Source of the DNA: a virus
Taxonomy: Duplodnaviria; Heunggongvirae; Uroviricota; Caudoviricetes
Reading direction: 5' to 3' (one strand)
IMG/VR virus record: IMGVR_UViG_2585427725_000018
DNA: 35,588 nucleotides
The position numbers and the translations under genes were made by a program. Below are positions 6,426-16,755 of the stretch, in pieces. Numbering within the stretch: position 1 is the stretch's first letter; each line of letters starts with the position of its first letter. Under the pieces are notes generated by a model that worked only from the letters and a program-made list of their open reading frames with translations, ran no database searches and had not been told where the DNA came from.

Positions 6426-9219
6426 TATCCGGGTCGCTTTCAGCGCCGTTGACAGGCTGACCCGGCCTGCCGAAAACGCCCGCCGCCTGATGGGGCAGTT
6501 TGGTGACTCCATCCAGCGAACGCAGGGGGCGATCAAAAATCTCGAGCGTCAGGCGCGTTCGTTTGAGCGCGCCCGTGACGCTGTCAGTAAAGCGGATGCG
6601 GGCATCGTGAAAGCACGACGCCAGCTTAACGCCCTTAATCAGTTACAACGCACGGGTACAGTGCTCAGCGAAAAACAACAAAAGCTGATGCAGCAGTTAA
6701 GCACCCGGCTTGAACGCCTGAATGAATCGCGCACACGGGAAATTCAGAAAATGCGGGAACTTGGCGGAGAGCTGAAACGCCACGGCATTTCCCTGACAGG
6801 CAGCGATAACACCATCCAGCAGGCCATCAGACGCACCGAACAGTACAATAACCAGCTTGAACGCGAACGGCAGGCGCTTGCGCGTGTAACGCGGGCGCGT
6901 GAGCGGTATTCGCGCGCGCAGGAAACAGCGGGAAAACTGAAAACAGGTGGTGCGCTGGCAATTGGTGCGGCAGCGGCTGGCGGCTATGCTGCCGGGCGTT
7001 TTTTGCAGCCTGCGATCGGGTTCGGCAAAGAGATGTCCCGAGTTCAGGCACTGACGCGAATCGACAAAAACAGCCCGCAGTTTAAGGCGCTGCGTGAGCA
7101 GGCGTTAAAACTTGGCTCTGAAACGCAGTTCACCGCAGGCGATGCCGCCAGTGGGCAGGCATTTCTTGCAATGGCTGGCTTCACACCACAGGCCATTCAG
7201 GCTGCGCTTCCCGGCGTGCTGAGCATGGCAACGGCTGGCGGTATGGATCTCGGCGAGACGGCGGATATTGGCTCAAATATCCTGACGCAGTTCGGCCTTT
7301 CTGCTGACCAGATGGACCAGGTCGGTGACACACTCACCGCAGCGTTTACCCGTACCAACACTGACCTTCGCGCACTGGGCGAAACCATGAAATATGCCGG
7401 TCCGGTGGCGGGTAAGCTGGGGATATCGCTGGAGCAGGCCGCAGCGATGGCGGGCGTGCTGGCGAATATGGGCATCAGAGGGAGTGATGCCGGGACGGCA
7501 ATGCGTGCCAGCCTGGCTCGTCTGGCATCACCGCCAAAGGCGGCGGCAGAAGCTCTGAAAGAGCTGGGCGTGTCCGTCTCGGATGCCGGGGGCAAAATGC
7601 GCCCGATGGAAGATCTGCTGGCTGACCTCTATAAAGCTACCCGCAAATACGGGGAAGTTGACCGGGTATCCTTCTTTAAGGACATCGCCGGGGAAGAGGC
7701 TTTCACATCGTTTATGGCTCTCGTTGATGCGGCGGGTGACGGTTCCTTACCCAAACTGAGAAAAGAACTTGAGGGCGCACGCGGTGAGGCTGAACGCACG
7801 GCAAAGGTTATGGCCAACAACCTTGATGGCGATCTGAAATCACTCGGCAGTGCATGGGAAGGGTTGCGCATCCGCATTGCAGATCTGATTGACGGTCCGC
7901 TGCGTTCTGTCACGCAGTGGCTCACGCGGGTGGTCTCAAAAGTGACGGCACTGGCGCAGGCCCATCCGGCACTGACGCGCCAGTTACTGATAGCGGGAGG
8001 CGCACTGCTGGCGACAACAGCAACGGTTGGTTCGTTGTCTCTGGTTATTGGGGTGCTTCACGGGAAGCTGGCTACGTTACGTCTCGGTTTTTCTCTCCTG
8101 ACAGGATCAATGAATGTCGTCAGGGTGCTGCCAGCACTATGGGGAATGGTAACAGGTTCCATCTCGTTGCTGGGTGGCGCTATCGGGGCGCTGTTCAGTC
8201 CGGTTGGATTGATTGCTGCTGCGTTTGTGGCTGCGGCGGTTCTCATCTGGAAATACTGGGAACCCATCAAGGCGTTTTATGCAGGGGTGTTCAGTGGGAT
8301 TATGGAACGGCTGGCTCCGTTGCGCGAAACCTTTGAACGGTTCGGTCCTGTTTTTGATGTCGTGCGCGATGGGATCATTCAGGTCTTTAACTGGTTTAAA
8401 TCGCTGCTGTCACCGATGGAGTCCGGCAAGGAAACGCTGGATAAATGTACCAGTGCTGGCGAGGTATTCGGCAGGGTACTCGGTGGAGCGATAGAGCTTG
8501 TCCTGACGCCAACAAAAGCATTGATGGATTCACTGGCGTGGATACTTGAAAAGCTCGGAGTGCTTCCGGATGAAGCGGAAAGGGCGAGAAAGAAAATCGA
8601 AGACGCACAGCGTGCGGCCATTCTTCAGGACAAGGTTGCCTTGCTTCAGGGGGACCTGGCGAAAATCAATCCGCCGAAGCCTGTGGAAAATGGCAATGGC
8701 ACCGGAGGTGATAAACCCAAAGACAATAAACCGCTCACAGACAGCAATACCGGGACGCTACGCAGACTCAGCAAAATTGCTGATAACACAGGTAAGCTGG
8801 TTGATGAGACGAAAAAACGCATTGGCCCCGGCGATATTGTCTTTAAGAACCTGCCCCGCGCACTTGCTGTTCGTGGGGAGTGGCAGGAGCGGAAGATTGC
8901 GCAGGTCAGTAAGCCTGCCCCCGCAATTAATATCACACCCGTGGTCCCGGCTCCGCTGCCTCCGGCGCTGGTCCCTGTTGTTGCGGCCAGCTCCCGCCCG
9001 GTGGCGGAGGCCATACGATCTCCAGTGGCATCAGTTCCTGTAACTTTCCGTAACCGGGAGCCTGTTGCCTCCGGATTTGGTGGTGAAATTCATGTTCATC
9101 TGCATAACGTTGTTACGCAGAATCCCCGCGAACTGGCGAAACTGGTCGGTGAAATGGTCAGGGCAGAAATGGAACGGCGCGCCCGTGCCGGGCGTGGCAG
9201 TTTTTACGATAAAGATTGA
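6412..9219 (+). CDS. T: Tail tape measure protein T
   Basis: About 935 aa, coiled-coil N-terminus, Gly/Ala-rich hydrophobic middle and a conserved IRKYWEPI-like segment. Start chosen at MKTLDIRV by alignment to the P2 T N-terminus; in-frame ATG at 6403 is an alternative. Confidence 0.9.
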   Translation: MKTLDIRVAFSAVDRLTRPAENARRLMGQFGDSIQRTQGAIKNLERQARSFERARDAVSKADAGIVKARRQLNALNQLQRTGTVLSEKQQKLMQQLSTRLERLNESRTREIQKMRELGGELKRHGISLTGSDNTIQQAIRRTEQYNNQLERERQALARVTRARERYSRAQETAGKLKTGGALAIGAAAAGGYAAGRFLQPAIGFGKEMSRVQALTRIDKNSPQFKALREQALKLGSETQFTAGDAASGQAFLAMAGFTPQAIQAALPGVLSMATAGGMDLGETADIGSNILTQFGLSADQMDQVGDTLTAAFTRTNTDLRALGETMKYAGPVAGKLGISLEQAAAMAGVLANMGIRGSDAGTAMRASLARLASPPKAAAEALKELGVSVSDAGGKMRPMEDLLADLYKATRKYGEVDRVSFFKDIAGEEAFTSFMALVDAAGDGSLPKLRKELEGARGEAERTAKVMANNLDGDLKSLGSAWEGLRIRIADLIDGPLRSVTQWLTRVVSKVTALAQAHPALTRQLLIAGGALLATTATVGSLSLVIGVLHGKLATLRLGFSLLTGSMNVVRVLPALWGMVTGSISLLGGAIGALFSPVGLIAAAFVAAAVLIWKYWEPIKAFYAGVFSGIMERLAPLRETFERFGPVFDVVRDGIIQVFNWFKSLLSPMESGKETLDKCTSAGEVFGRVLGGAIELVLTPTKALMDSLAWILEKLGVLPDEAERARKKIEDAQRAAILQDKVALLQGDLAKINPPKPVENGNGTGGDKPKDNKPLTDSNTGTLRRLSKIADNTGKLVDETKKRIGPGDIVFKNLPRALAVRGEWQERKIAQVSKPAPAINITPVVPAPLPPALVPVVAASSRPVAEAIRSPVASVPVTFRNREPVASGFGGEIHVHLHNVVTQNPRELAKLVGEMVRAEMERRARAGRGSFYDKD

Positions 9220-9231
9220 GGAGTCATGGCC

Positions 9232-9720
9232 ATGATGATGATCTACGGCATGTTTGTTTTTGAGCTGCGCACGCTGCCGCATCAGCAGTTACAGCAAAAC
9301 AAAAGCTGGCGGCATGTGAAAAATGAACGCGTTAACCGTTCAGCAAGCTGGCAGTATATCGGTGCAGGTGATGATCGCATCGTTCTTTCTGGTGTGCTTT
9401 ATCCTGAAATTACAGGTGGCGAAGTGTCGCTGTCGCTGCTGACCACGCAGGCGTATACAGGACGACCCTGGCCTTTGATTGATGGCGTCGGGCAGATTTA
9501 CGGCATGTATGTCCTGACCGGAACGAATACGACCCGTTCCGAGTTTGATCGCTACGGTAAGGCGAAAAAGATAGAATTTTCACTGACTCTTGAACGCTGT
9601 GATGAGGATTTGCGGGAGCGCCTGCAATCCTCATCGTTCAGCGATATGCTGTCCGGCTTCAAAGATAAAGTGACATCATCCCTTAACAGCACGGCCAGTT
9701 CAGTTAAAGGGCTGTTCTGA
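9232..9720 (+). CDS. U: Tail protein U
   Basis: MMMIYGMFVFELRTLPHQQL... aligns with the gpU N-terminus (MMVLGLFVFMLRTVPYQEL). GAGGAG 8 nt upstream of the ATG at 9232. Confidence 0.85.
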   Translation: MMMIYGMFVFELRTLPHQQLQQNKSWRHVKNERVNRSASWQYIGAGDDRIVLSGVLYPEITGGEVSLSLLTTQAYTGRPWPLIDGVGQIYGMYVLTGTNTTRSEFDRYGKAKKIEFSLTLERCDEDLRERLQSSSFSDMLSGFKDKVTSSLNSTASSVKGLF

Positions 9721-9890
9721 TTTAATGCTGGCCACTCATACCCTCATACCTGGTAATAAGTGGCCAGTCTTAACACTCACCATTTGATTGCACTGGTGTT
9801 AACGATTTGTTACTGGACATCAGGCACGCTGGATAGCCAGTAGAAACATACCATTAAAATTATTACAATAATTGGTCACATGATTATCTT

Positions 9891-10454
9891 ATGCTGAATA
9901 ATAGAGATATGAATATTAATGAACTTAAAGATTGTATTCACTATGAAGTAATCGGTAGCGAGCGTCCTTTCTCCTGGCGAAAGGCAATTGTTCGCGCAAT
10001 AAAACATAGAAGAGTTCGTTATTTATTTTGGTGGCGCATAGCCAAATACCTTTTTGATAAAGGCGGATACTGTCGGAAGATTGCGGGGAAAATAGAACGT
10101 TTCATTCTTGATAAATATAATGTAACAGTCCCTTTAACTGTAAATATAGGGAAAGGCTTTGATATTTCTTATCTCAACAGTGTTGTTATCGGTCACAAAG
10201 TAACAATCGGTGAAAATTGTTCAATAAAACCAAGGGTAACTATTGGGCTGCGTGGTGATTTTAATGATATGGATATTGTTATAGGACATAATGTGACCAT
10301 TGGTTGTAATGCCACCATTCTTGGTGGCAAAGTGCGTATAGGAAACAATGTCACAATAGGTGCTCATGCATTGGTATTGCATGATATTCCTGATGATTCA
10401 ACATTCATCACTAAATTTCAGTCTGAAGTTATCTGCTCGTCCTCCCGCACATAA
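9891..10454 (+). CDS. Hexapeptide-repeat (left-handed beta-helix) acetyltransferase, CysE/WcaB-like
   Basis: Tandem hexapeptide repeats ([51 protein letters not shown]) after an alpha-helical N-terminal region ([14 protein letters not shown]). AT-rich. Start uncertain (9891 or 9909), neither with a strong SD. 3' end overlaps the convergent gene G by 37 bp. Confidence 0.7.
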   Translation: MLNNRDMNINELKDCIHYEVIGSERPFSWRKAIVRAIKHRRVRYLFWWRIAKYLFDKGGYCRKIAGKIERFILDKYNVTVPLTVNIGKGFDISYLNSVVIGHKVTIGENCSIKPRVTIGLRGDFNDMDIVIGHNVTIGCNATILGGKVRIGNNVTIGAHALVLHDIPDDSTFITKFQSEVICSSSRT

Positions 10455-11035
10455 CCCTGATTCATCAGCTCTGGCCATACGATATCCGGAGCTGTACTGG
10501 TGTCAATTCTACTCACTAATACTCTGTATTTTCTCCAGGAATCCAGTTGTGAATTTTCCTCGTTTGTTGCTATTTCAAGATTAACTGCATCCTGCAGAAT
10601 TGCGATGTTATCTGTTGCTTCCTGGATCAACCTTGCCTTTTTCTCTTCCGCTTCCCGTATCCGAAACAGTTTTTCTGCTTCCTCATCCTTCACCCAGGAT
10701 ACGCCGTCCCACTTCTGATACTCCCCTGCTGGCGACAACCAGGTGACATTCTCTGGTAGCGGTCCGGGCTCAGAAATAAACAACGCGTCCCCCGATGCCA
10801 CGTCATAGACCGTTTTACCACGATGGTCTTCAACAAGATGCCACGATGCATCATCACTGTTGAAAACAGCCACGAAGCCAGCCGGAATATCTGGCGGTGC
10901 AATATCGGTACTGTTTGCTGGCAGGCCTGTATGAGGCGGAATGTATGCGTCACCTTCACCAATAAATTCATTAGTTCCGGCCAGCAGATTATAAATTGTT
11001 ATGGTCCGTGGTTGTTCACTCATTCTGAAATCCAT
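10418..11035 (-). CDS. G: Tail fibre assembly protein G
   Basis: Conserved Tfa C-terminus ([23 protein letters not shown]). ATG at 11035 with GAGG about 5 nt upstream; the track start 11041 is a GTG. Confidence 0.8.
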   Translation of the reverse strand: MDFRMSEQPRTITIYNLLAGTNEFIGEGDAYIPPHTGLPANSTDIAPPDIPAGFVAVFNSDDASWHLVEDHRGKTVYDVASGDALFISEPGPLPENVTWLSPAGEYQKWDGVSWVKDEEAEKLFRIREAEEKKARLIQEATDNIAILQDAVNLEIATNEENSQLDSWRKYRVLVSRIDTSTAPDIVWPELMNQGYVREDEQITSD

Positions 11036-11043
11036 GTTCACCT

Positions 11044-11946
11044 CTACTTAATATCAGAGACAGAATATTGTTTGTTGAGCGTATGGGTGTGAGCACCAAT
11101 AACGATGCTACTTCCGTGGCTATGTGCGCCAGAGATGACATTACCTACGGGATTTTCTGGATTAATCCGGTGTATATGCGAACCAGGGCGAAACCGGTTA
11201 TTAGCCTGATGTTGTATCAGTACATCATCAGCCTGATGTTCAGGGTTAATACAGACCTGCCCGGAACGTGAGCAATATGTCCGATAATCGCCGCATCCAA
11301 TATATTTAGTATCCGCATAACGGCAAACAGAATTACCCGGACGGTATGCATATGTGCCAAATACTGCCGACTGGCGGGATTGTGCGTATTCCCAGTTAAT
11401 TGATTCTGTTTTTTTATTAAAGTTATCCCATGCCTGCTTCATCTGCCGGGCAACACTTTCAAACGGCACCTGACCACATCCGGCTCCCATTGCAGGGAAT
11501 ACCACCGTTTTTATTTTCCTGTCTGTCGTTGCGTGTTTATTGTGCTGAAAGATGGCAAGCAGAGCGGCCCAGGTTGCGTTATATACAGCGTCTGTTCCGT
11601 CAATTGTCAGCGGAACACGCATTGTTGGCGCATGTACCAGCCAGGGATGATGATTATGCCCCGTTTCAATAACAAATGCAGAACCTACAGGCTGCTCGCC
11701 TAGATATTCACGAAGAATATGATTCTGAACGCGGGACTGTAACTGAGTACCGAAGAATGCGGTAATGGCGGCATCAACACCGCCATCCATCAGGCCGAAA
11801 CTATTTGCCGCACTTACCATGCAGTTAAATTCCCTGATTGTTTCAAATGGCTTTCCGACAATATTCACATTATCTGCATTTGCGAATACCCGCTTAAATG
11901 CTTCAGCCATTTCTGTTACTGGTGCAGAAAGAATGAGCGTAATCAT
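11044..11946 (-). CDS. Macro-domain protein fused to a tail-fibre-tip-like His-box C-terminus
   Basis: N-terminal roughly 190 aa carry macro-domain signatures ([20 protein letters not shown]...; [15 protein letters not shown]). C-terminus contains GxHxH repeats ([19 protein letters not shown]) like those at the C-terminus of H. Start ATG overlaps the H stop (ATGA); GAGG RBS. Confidence 0.75.
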   Translation of the reverse strand: MITLILSAPVTEMAEAFKRVFANADNVNIVGKPFETIREFNCMVSAANSFGLMDGGVDAAITAFFGTQLQSRVQNHILREYLGEQPVGSAFVIETGHNHHPWLVHAPTMRVPLTIDGTDAVYNATWAALLAIFQHNKHATTDRKIKTVVFPAMGAGCGQVPFESVARQMKQAWDNFNKKTESINWEYAQSRQSAVFGTYAYRPGNSVCRYADTKYIGCGDYRTYCSRSGQVCINPEHQADDVLIQHQANNRFRPGSHIHRINPENPVGNVISGAHSHGSSIVIGAHTHTLNKQYSVSDIK

Positions 11947-13769
11947 GCAAGCCTCACAATATAGTTAAATGCGATGTTTTTGACAGTGTTTTCCGCGTTA
12001 CCAGCAGCGTTAACGGTGATGGTGTGTCCATGTGAACCAATCGCAACAGAGTGCGTATGAGCGCCAATACCAACAGTGTGTGCATGTGCCCCAGCACTTG
12101 TAGCGGTACCTGATACTGAGTGGGTATGTGCGCCAGAAGAAGGCACAGTTCCATTCCCCACCACCGTGCCACTTGATGAACCATCCAGCCAGTCGAAATT
12201 CATACCGCCACTGTTTGGTCTCCTTAATGGAACGGTATGAGTATGTGCGCCAGCACTATTTGCAGTACCAGATACATTGTGGGTATGCGCACCTGTGTTA
12301 TTCGTTGATTTAGTACCGTAATCAAACGACGATGTGGTTTTCGTACCCAAATCCGTATTGGATGCGCTGGCGCTGTGGGTGTGCGATTTAATGCCATCCT
12401 GTTCCTGAGACAATACGGCCCGACCAGTGGCGGGGTTTCCTTTGATTGTCCAGCCACGCATATCAGGGAGCACACCAGAGGGATAAGCTACTGCAAGTTT
12501 CGGGTATGCTGATTTGTCAAAAGCCTGCCCCACCATGATAGCGTAACCGTCAGGCGGCGTATCTGACGGCCACGGCAGAGGTATTCCCGGTGGTAATGCT
12601 TCAATTCCCTTTGTGCCATCAAAAGCAACACCACTGATGGGGTGTGCTGTTTCCAGTTTACTTGCAGATACTGCGTTACCTGTTGCGGATAATGCGCCAA
12701 TATCCTGCACTGTGGGCTTGTTTTTATCCGTGTAAGTGCGGTACCAGATGGTTTTTTTTCCCTTGTCCAGTATCACCCCGGTAAATTGTGCCCGGTGTTC
12801 TTTTGTGGTCGGATCTGAATCTTCCAGCCCTGTGGTGATCCTGACTATTCCGCCGATGATTTCGCCAAACACTTCAATCAGGCAGCCGCCCAGGCCGATA
12901 TCACCGTACCCCGTGTCAGTAAGCACGCAGTGCTGTGACAGCGAAATATTAGCCCTGAATATCCAGCTCCCTGTTCTGAAGGCGCCACGCTCATTCAGCC
13001 ACTCCACGAATTGTTCCGTTGTCCAGCGTTGTCCTGCTTTACCTATGTACCCGTTTTTTGCATAAACGCGTGGTGTGCCCACGTTGATCAGGAACAGCTC
13101 CTTGTTGGGGATGTCCTCACCATTGCGGTTTTTCGCAAGCCGACCATCAGCGTTGTCCATGGCGATCTTTATGGCCTTTGGCGTGGCTGCCCGGGTCTCT
13201 GATGTACTGGTGGTGTCGCTGCTTAACTGAGTAAAACCTTTTGTGGTCAGCGAGGCATCCGGGTGACGTCGTGACTGTTCATGCTCTTTCAGTTTGTCAT
13301 CCACGTAATCCACTGTGGCCATCACCATGGTGTTATCCACGGTAAGCGCCACGGTGGCAGTGCTGGATACGGTCAGAATGGTGCGAAATGTTTGTGCACG
13401 TCCGGACCCTTCGGCAACGGTTGGTTTGTAACTTTCGGCAGTATTGCCCACCGCGATTAAATCGCCGTGCTCATCAAATACACCAATTTCCCGGATCCAG
13501 AATCCGCCCGTTTCAGGAGGAATAACCAGCTCCGCAATAATGCGGTTCTGATGTGTTGCGTCCAGGATGACGCGATTAACAGTGTGTCGCCACACCTCAT
13601 GCACCAGACGGATCTGCTTACTGTCTGGTGTGGGCAACGTGCCGCCACCGTCGCCCACGGCCATATGAGTCAGGCGGACAGGCTTACCATCTGGCGCGGC
13701 TGCCTGAGCTAATTTTTTTGCACCCGTATCGGTGATAACGGTTTTAAATTTTCGTGTTGTGGTACTCAT
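11943..13769 (-). CDS. H: Tail fibre protein H
   Basis: 608 aa. N-terminal about 200 aa closely match P2 H ([49 protein letters not shown]). C-terminal His-box repeats GAHTHSV...GAHAHTV...GAHTHSV. Confidence 0.9.
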   Translation of the reverse strand: MSTTTRKFKTVITDTGAKKLAQAAAPDGKPVRLTHMAVGDGGGTLPTPDSKQIRLVHEVWRHTVNRVILDATHQNRIIAELVIPPETGGFWIREIGVFDEHGDLIAVGNTAESYKPTVAEGSGRAQTFRTILTVSSTATVALTVDNTMVMATVDYVDDKLKEHEQSRRHPDASLTTKGFTQLSSDTTSTSETRAATPKAIKIAMDNADGRLAKNRNGEDIPNKELFLINVGTPRVYAKNGYIGKAGQRWTTEQFVEWLNERGAFRTGSWIFRANISLSQHCVLTDTGYGDIGLGGCLIEVFGEIIGGIVRITTGLEDSDPTTKEHRAQFTGVILDKGKKTIWYRTYTDKNKPTVQDIGALSATGNAVSASKLETAHPISGVAFDGTKGIEALPPGIPLPWPSDTPPDGYAIMVGQAFDKSAYPKLAVAYPSGVLPDMRGWTIKGNPATGRAVLSQEQDGIKSHTHSASASNTDLGTKTTSSFDYGTKSTNNTGAHTHNVSGTANSAGAHTHTVPLRRPNSGGMNFDWLDGSSSGTVVGNGTVPSSGAHTHSVSGTATSAGAHAHTVGIGAHTHSVAIGSHGHTITVNAAGNAENTVKNIAFNYIVRLA

Positions 13770-13771
13770 GC

Positions 13772-14302
13772 TTAATCGCCTGGATAAATGGTAATAACTT
13801 CACCGTCATAAGTTGCCGCCGCTGTGAAAATATCCCCCGGAATTTCCTGAATGATATTCAGCCCTGTCATGTGGCGGCTGACCGGACGGGCATCAGCAAT
13901 CAACCGCTCCATTTCCAGATACATTTCCTCCGTCACGCCACTGTCCAGTGTGCCGACTTCAACGGTAAATGTTCCCGGTTCTCCGCCGAACTCCCACCAC
14001 TCAGACACGCGAATGAGGTATCCCAGCGGTTCAATGGCCCTGCGCAGTGCGCTGATGGTCCCTTTGTGTCGGTGTATCAGCCATGCATCACGAATAACCT
14101 GTCGCTTTGTCTCTTCCGGCCAGTTGCGATCCCTGCGGTCAACGGAAAATGCCCAGGCGAGATAAGGCAGCAGATGCACCGGGCAGGTGTCCGGCGACCA
14201 CAGCGTGTTGAGGTCTACCGGGATGTCTGTAATGCGCGCTCCGACAGCTTCGGCACAACGCATGAAATTGCTGGCTGATGGCGGTAACAGTGAATTACTC
14301 AT
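13772..14302 (-). CDS. I: Baseplate assembly protein I
   Basis: Conserved [23 protein letters not shown] segment. Start at the internal ATG (MSNSLL...) with AAGGTGG RBS; overlaps the J stop by 8 nt. Confidence 0.85.
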   Translation of the reverse strand: MSNSLLPPSASNFMRCAEAVGARITDIPVDLNTLWSPDTCPVHLLPYLAWAFSVDRRDRNWPEETKRQVIRDAWLIHRHKGTISALRRAIEPLGYLIRVSEWWEFGGEPGTFTVEVGTLDSGVTEEMYLEMERLIADARPVSRHMTGLNIIQEIPGDIFTAAATYDGEVITIYPGD

Positions 14303-15191
14303 TACGCCCACCTTCGCTGATGGTGAATGACTCACAGCGCGCCGCCTGTATGTCGCTGATGGCCATATTCTGTGTAGGTTCGATTATCTCCACGCGTTGC
14401 ACACCGTGCACATGCAGTGCGGCAGCAATGGCGGACAACGCCACGTCCTGACCGATAAGCCCCTGCTCAGCCAGCCACTTCCTGAACGACGATTCAGCCG
14501 CAGCCAGAATAGGTTCGGATTCCGGACCGGGGTAAAAGTACAGTTTTGCATTCAGCCGCCATGTCACGATGCTGGCGCTCTGTACGGTCAGGCGGTCGGC
14601 CACCGGGCGGGTATCCTCTGCATTCAGAACGGCGCGAACGGTATTAAGCAACGCCTCCGTTGCTGTGCCGTCGCCTTTAGTGGACAGAATGGAAACCGTC
14701 ACATTTGCCGGAGACGGGCTGATGGCCCGCGCATCACGCACCAGACCGCTGGCGCTGCGGGCAAAATACTCGTATGCACCTGACGGGCCAGCAACACTCA
14801 GGCCGTCGTACGCCCGCTGCGCCCGCAGTCTCAGCGAGGTGTCGCTCTCCATCACCGCGTCGGTGGTATCCGTTGCCGGAGTGATAACCAGGCGCTTTGT
14901 GTTCATATTGCCCGCGAGGTTGTCCAGGTCTGTCCCGGCGCTGTGGCTTAACATGCAGGCGCGTGCACCCTCATTGACCCGCTGGCGTAACAGCATTTCA
15001 CGAAACGCTGTTGTCTGGGCGATAACGTTCAGGGGTTCCGATTCCAGCTCCAGCGCGGCGGAGACGGCTTCACGCTGTTCGGCGGGATAAGCCGCAATCA
15101 TCATGGCCTTTGTGTCAGCCAGAATTGCTTCAAAATCAGGCTCCGCGATGATGGCGGGTTCCGGTAACTGTGAAAGGTCAACGGCGGGCAT
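14295..15191 (-). CDS. J: Baseplate assembly protein J
   Basis: 298 aa at the conserved position between W and I; gpJ-like. Confidence 0.9.
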   Translation of the reverse strand: MPAVDLSQLPEPAIIAEPDFEAILADTKAMMIAAYPAEQREAVSAALELESEPLNVIAQTTAFREMLLRQRVNEGARACMLSHSAGTDLDNLAGNMNTKRLVITPATDTTDAVMESDTSLRLRAQRAYDGLSVAGPSGAYEYFARSASGLVRDARAISPSPANVTVSILSTKGDGTATEALLNTVRAVLNAEDTRPVADRLTVQSASIVTWRLNAKLYFYPGPESEPILAAAESSFRKWLAEQGLIGQDVALSAIAAALHVHGVQRVEIIEPTQNMAISDIQAARCESFTISEGGRNE

Positions 15192-15194
15192 GAT

Positions 15195-15545
15195 TTACTC
15201 CCTCAGCGTGATGGTTAATTCAACATTCTGCATGGTCTGCATGACAATGCCCGACAGCGTCACCCCGGCGCGGCCTCCCGCTTTCCAGACAACGTCGATG
15301 GCATCCAGGGCAATGCGGGGTTCCCATCGTGTCAGCGCAATCACGGCAGCACTCATGCATTGCAGACGCGTGGTGTTATTCATGGGTTCGTCAATCAAAT
15401 CAGGCACAAGGCTGCCATATTCCCGTCGCATAACCCGGCTTGCCAGCGGGGTGGCCAGGATGTCCCTGACTGACTGTTTCAGGTGCTCCATATCGTTCAG
15501 GTTTCCCGTCCCGTCCGGATTCATTCCTGTGTAGCGGGTTGTCAC
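15195..15545 (-). CDS. W: Baseplate protein W
   Basis: MTTRYTGMN... matches the gpW N-terminus (MTARYLGMN). GTG start overlapping the V stop (GTGA). Confidence 0.85.
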   Translation of the reverse strand: MTTRYTGMNPDGTGNLNDMEHLKQSVRDILATPLASRVMRREYGSLVPDLIDEPMNNTTRLQCMSAAVIALTRWEPRIALDAIDVVWKAGGRAGVTLSGIVMQTMQNVELTITLRE

Positions 15546-16123
15546 TGCGGGCCTCCTGTCGAATCGCTGCCGCCTTTCACGCCACCGTGTTTATGCGTAT
15601 GCACGGTAATGCCGTTTGAGGTGAAGTTGCCGCCGCTGTGCGTGATATTGCCGCTCATCTTTCCTCCTTTTGTGACGTCAAGCGTCGCCGTTCTCAGAAG
15701 GTTTGTGCATTCCACGACGGGCGTATCCAGTTTCACGCTGACGGATGCCTGCAAAGTGGCCGTTTTCATGCCGCTGGCGCTCAGTGCGCCTGCGTCTGCG
15801 TCGTAGCGGAACACCGCGCCATCCGGCGCGCTGACCACGATTTCTTTCAGGCTTTTGCCGGGGGCCGGACTGGCATCACTCCACAGGCTGCCAATTATCA
15901 TGGCGGTTTCCGGGTTGCCGCCAATGCAGGCAATTACCACCTGTTCGCCCACTGATGGCGGCAGCCACACATTGAAGGCCCCCGCGCGCGTGGTGTTCCA
16001 GCGCAACCAGCCTGTTTCCAGTTCGCCGCTGCGAACGCGCACGCGCCAGGACTTCTCATCAACTTCAGAGATGATCCCGGTGCGGATGATATTGCTCAGC
16101 AGTCGCATGAGTTCTGCGCTCAC
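15542..16123 (-). CDS. V: Baseplate spike / assembly protein V
   Basis: gpV-like sequence (IIRTGII, PSVGEQVV, TGGKMSGNITHSGG, HTHKHGG). GTG start at 16123 overlapping the S stop; in-frame ATG at 16108 is an alternative. Confidence 0.85.
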   Translation of the reverse strand: MSAELMRLLSNIIRTGIISEVDEKSWRVRVRSGELETGWLRWNTTRAGAFNVWLPPSVGEQVVIACIGGNPETAMIIGSLWSDASPAPGKSLKEIVVSAPDGAVFRYDADAGALSASGMKTATLQASVSVKLDTPVVECTNLLRTATLDVTKGGKMSGNITHSGGNFTSNGITVHTHKHGGVKGGSDSTGGPQ

Positions 16124-16755
16124 CGTACAGCCTCCGCAATCCGGCCCAGCACCGTGTTATAAATCAGGCGCTCATCTGCCTGGCTGATACCCAGCAGCTC
16201 ACGTACCGGGTAATCGGTGAAAATGCCCGGCGCAACCTGATCGCGCTCACCGAACTGATGAACGCGTGCAATACGTGCGGCCACGCCGCTGTAACCCACC
16301 GTCACACCGGAAGCATCTGCACGGGCTTTCAGGTAGCGGGCGGTGCGCAGTTTTACGAACATGGGGACGCGCTTTGTGCTGTCCTGGTTGATGCGCCTAG
16401 TGCGTATTTCCAGAAAACGGTTGATGTCATCCCGGTAAAACGTGCGGATATTGTTTTTATCCTCATCCCACCCGGTAATGGTTCGCCCGTATTTCCCCGT
16501 GTCGTGATGCCAGTTTTTCAGCGTGCGTGCTTCGTTATTCCAGATAAAGCGAATGCGTTCCTGTATCCTGGTTACGCGGCGTCTGCGTGGTGTCCACGCG
16601 GTCCCGTCCGGCGCTTTCTGTGACCGGATACGCGCCTGCTGGGCGCGGCGTAAATCCTGTGCCAGCTTTCTGGCGATGTTATTGATGGCCTGCTGATTCA
16701 GGCTGTCGCGGATGGCCTCAAGGGTTTCATCCACGCGGGTGAATGCCTTATCCAT
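16120..16755 (-). CDS. S: Tail completion protein S
   Basis: Conserved position between R and V. Start taken at the ATG (MDKAF); the track start 16764 is a GTG. Confidence 0.75.
   Translation of the reverse strand: MDKAFTRVDETLEAIRDSLNQQAINNIARKLAQDLRRAQQARIRSQKAPDGTAWTPRRRRVTRIQERIRFIWNNEARTLKNWHHDTGKYGRTITGWDEDKNNIRTFYRDDINRFLEIRTRRINQDSTKRVPMFVKLRTARYLKARADASGVTVGYSGVAARIARVHQFGERDQVAPGIFTDYPVRELLGISQADERLIYNTVLGRIAEAVR

Noticed and set aside
6827-9043. Multiple overlapping ORFs on both strands inside the tape measure gene
   Set aside because: All lie within the long T reading frame, which has clear tape-measure character; these are frame shadows in GC-rich repetitive coding DNA.
9728-9767. 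Intrinsic terminator after gene U
   Set aside because: A 9-bp inverted repeat (ctggccact / agtggccag) is present but with a 22-nt loop and no U-tract; mentioned in a finding, not annotated as a terminator.
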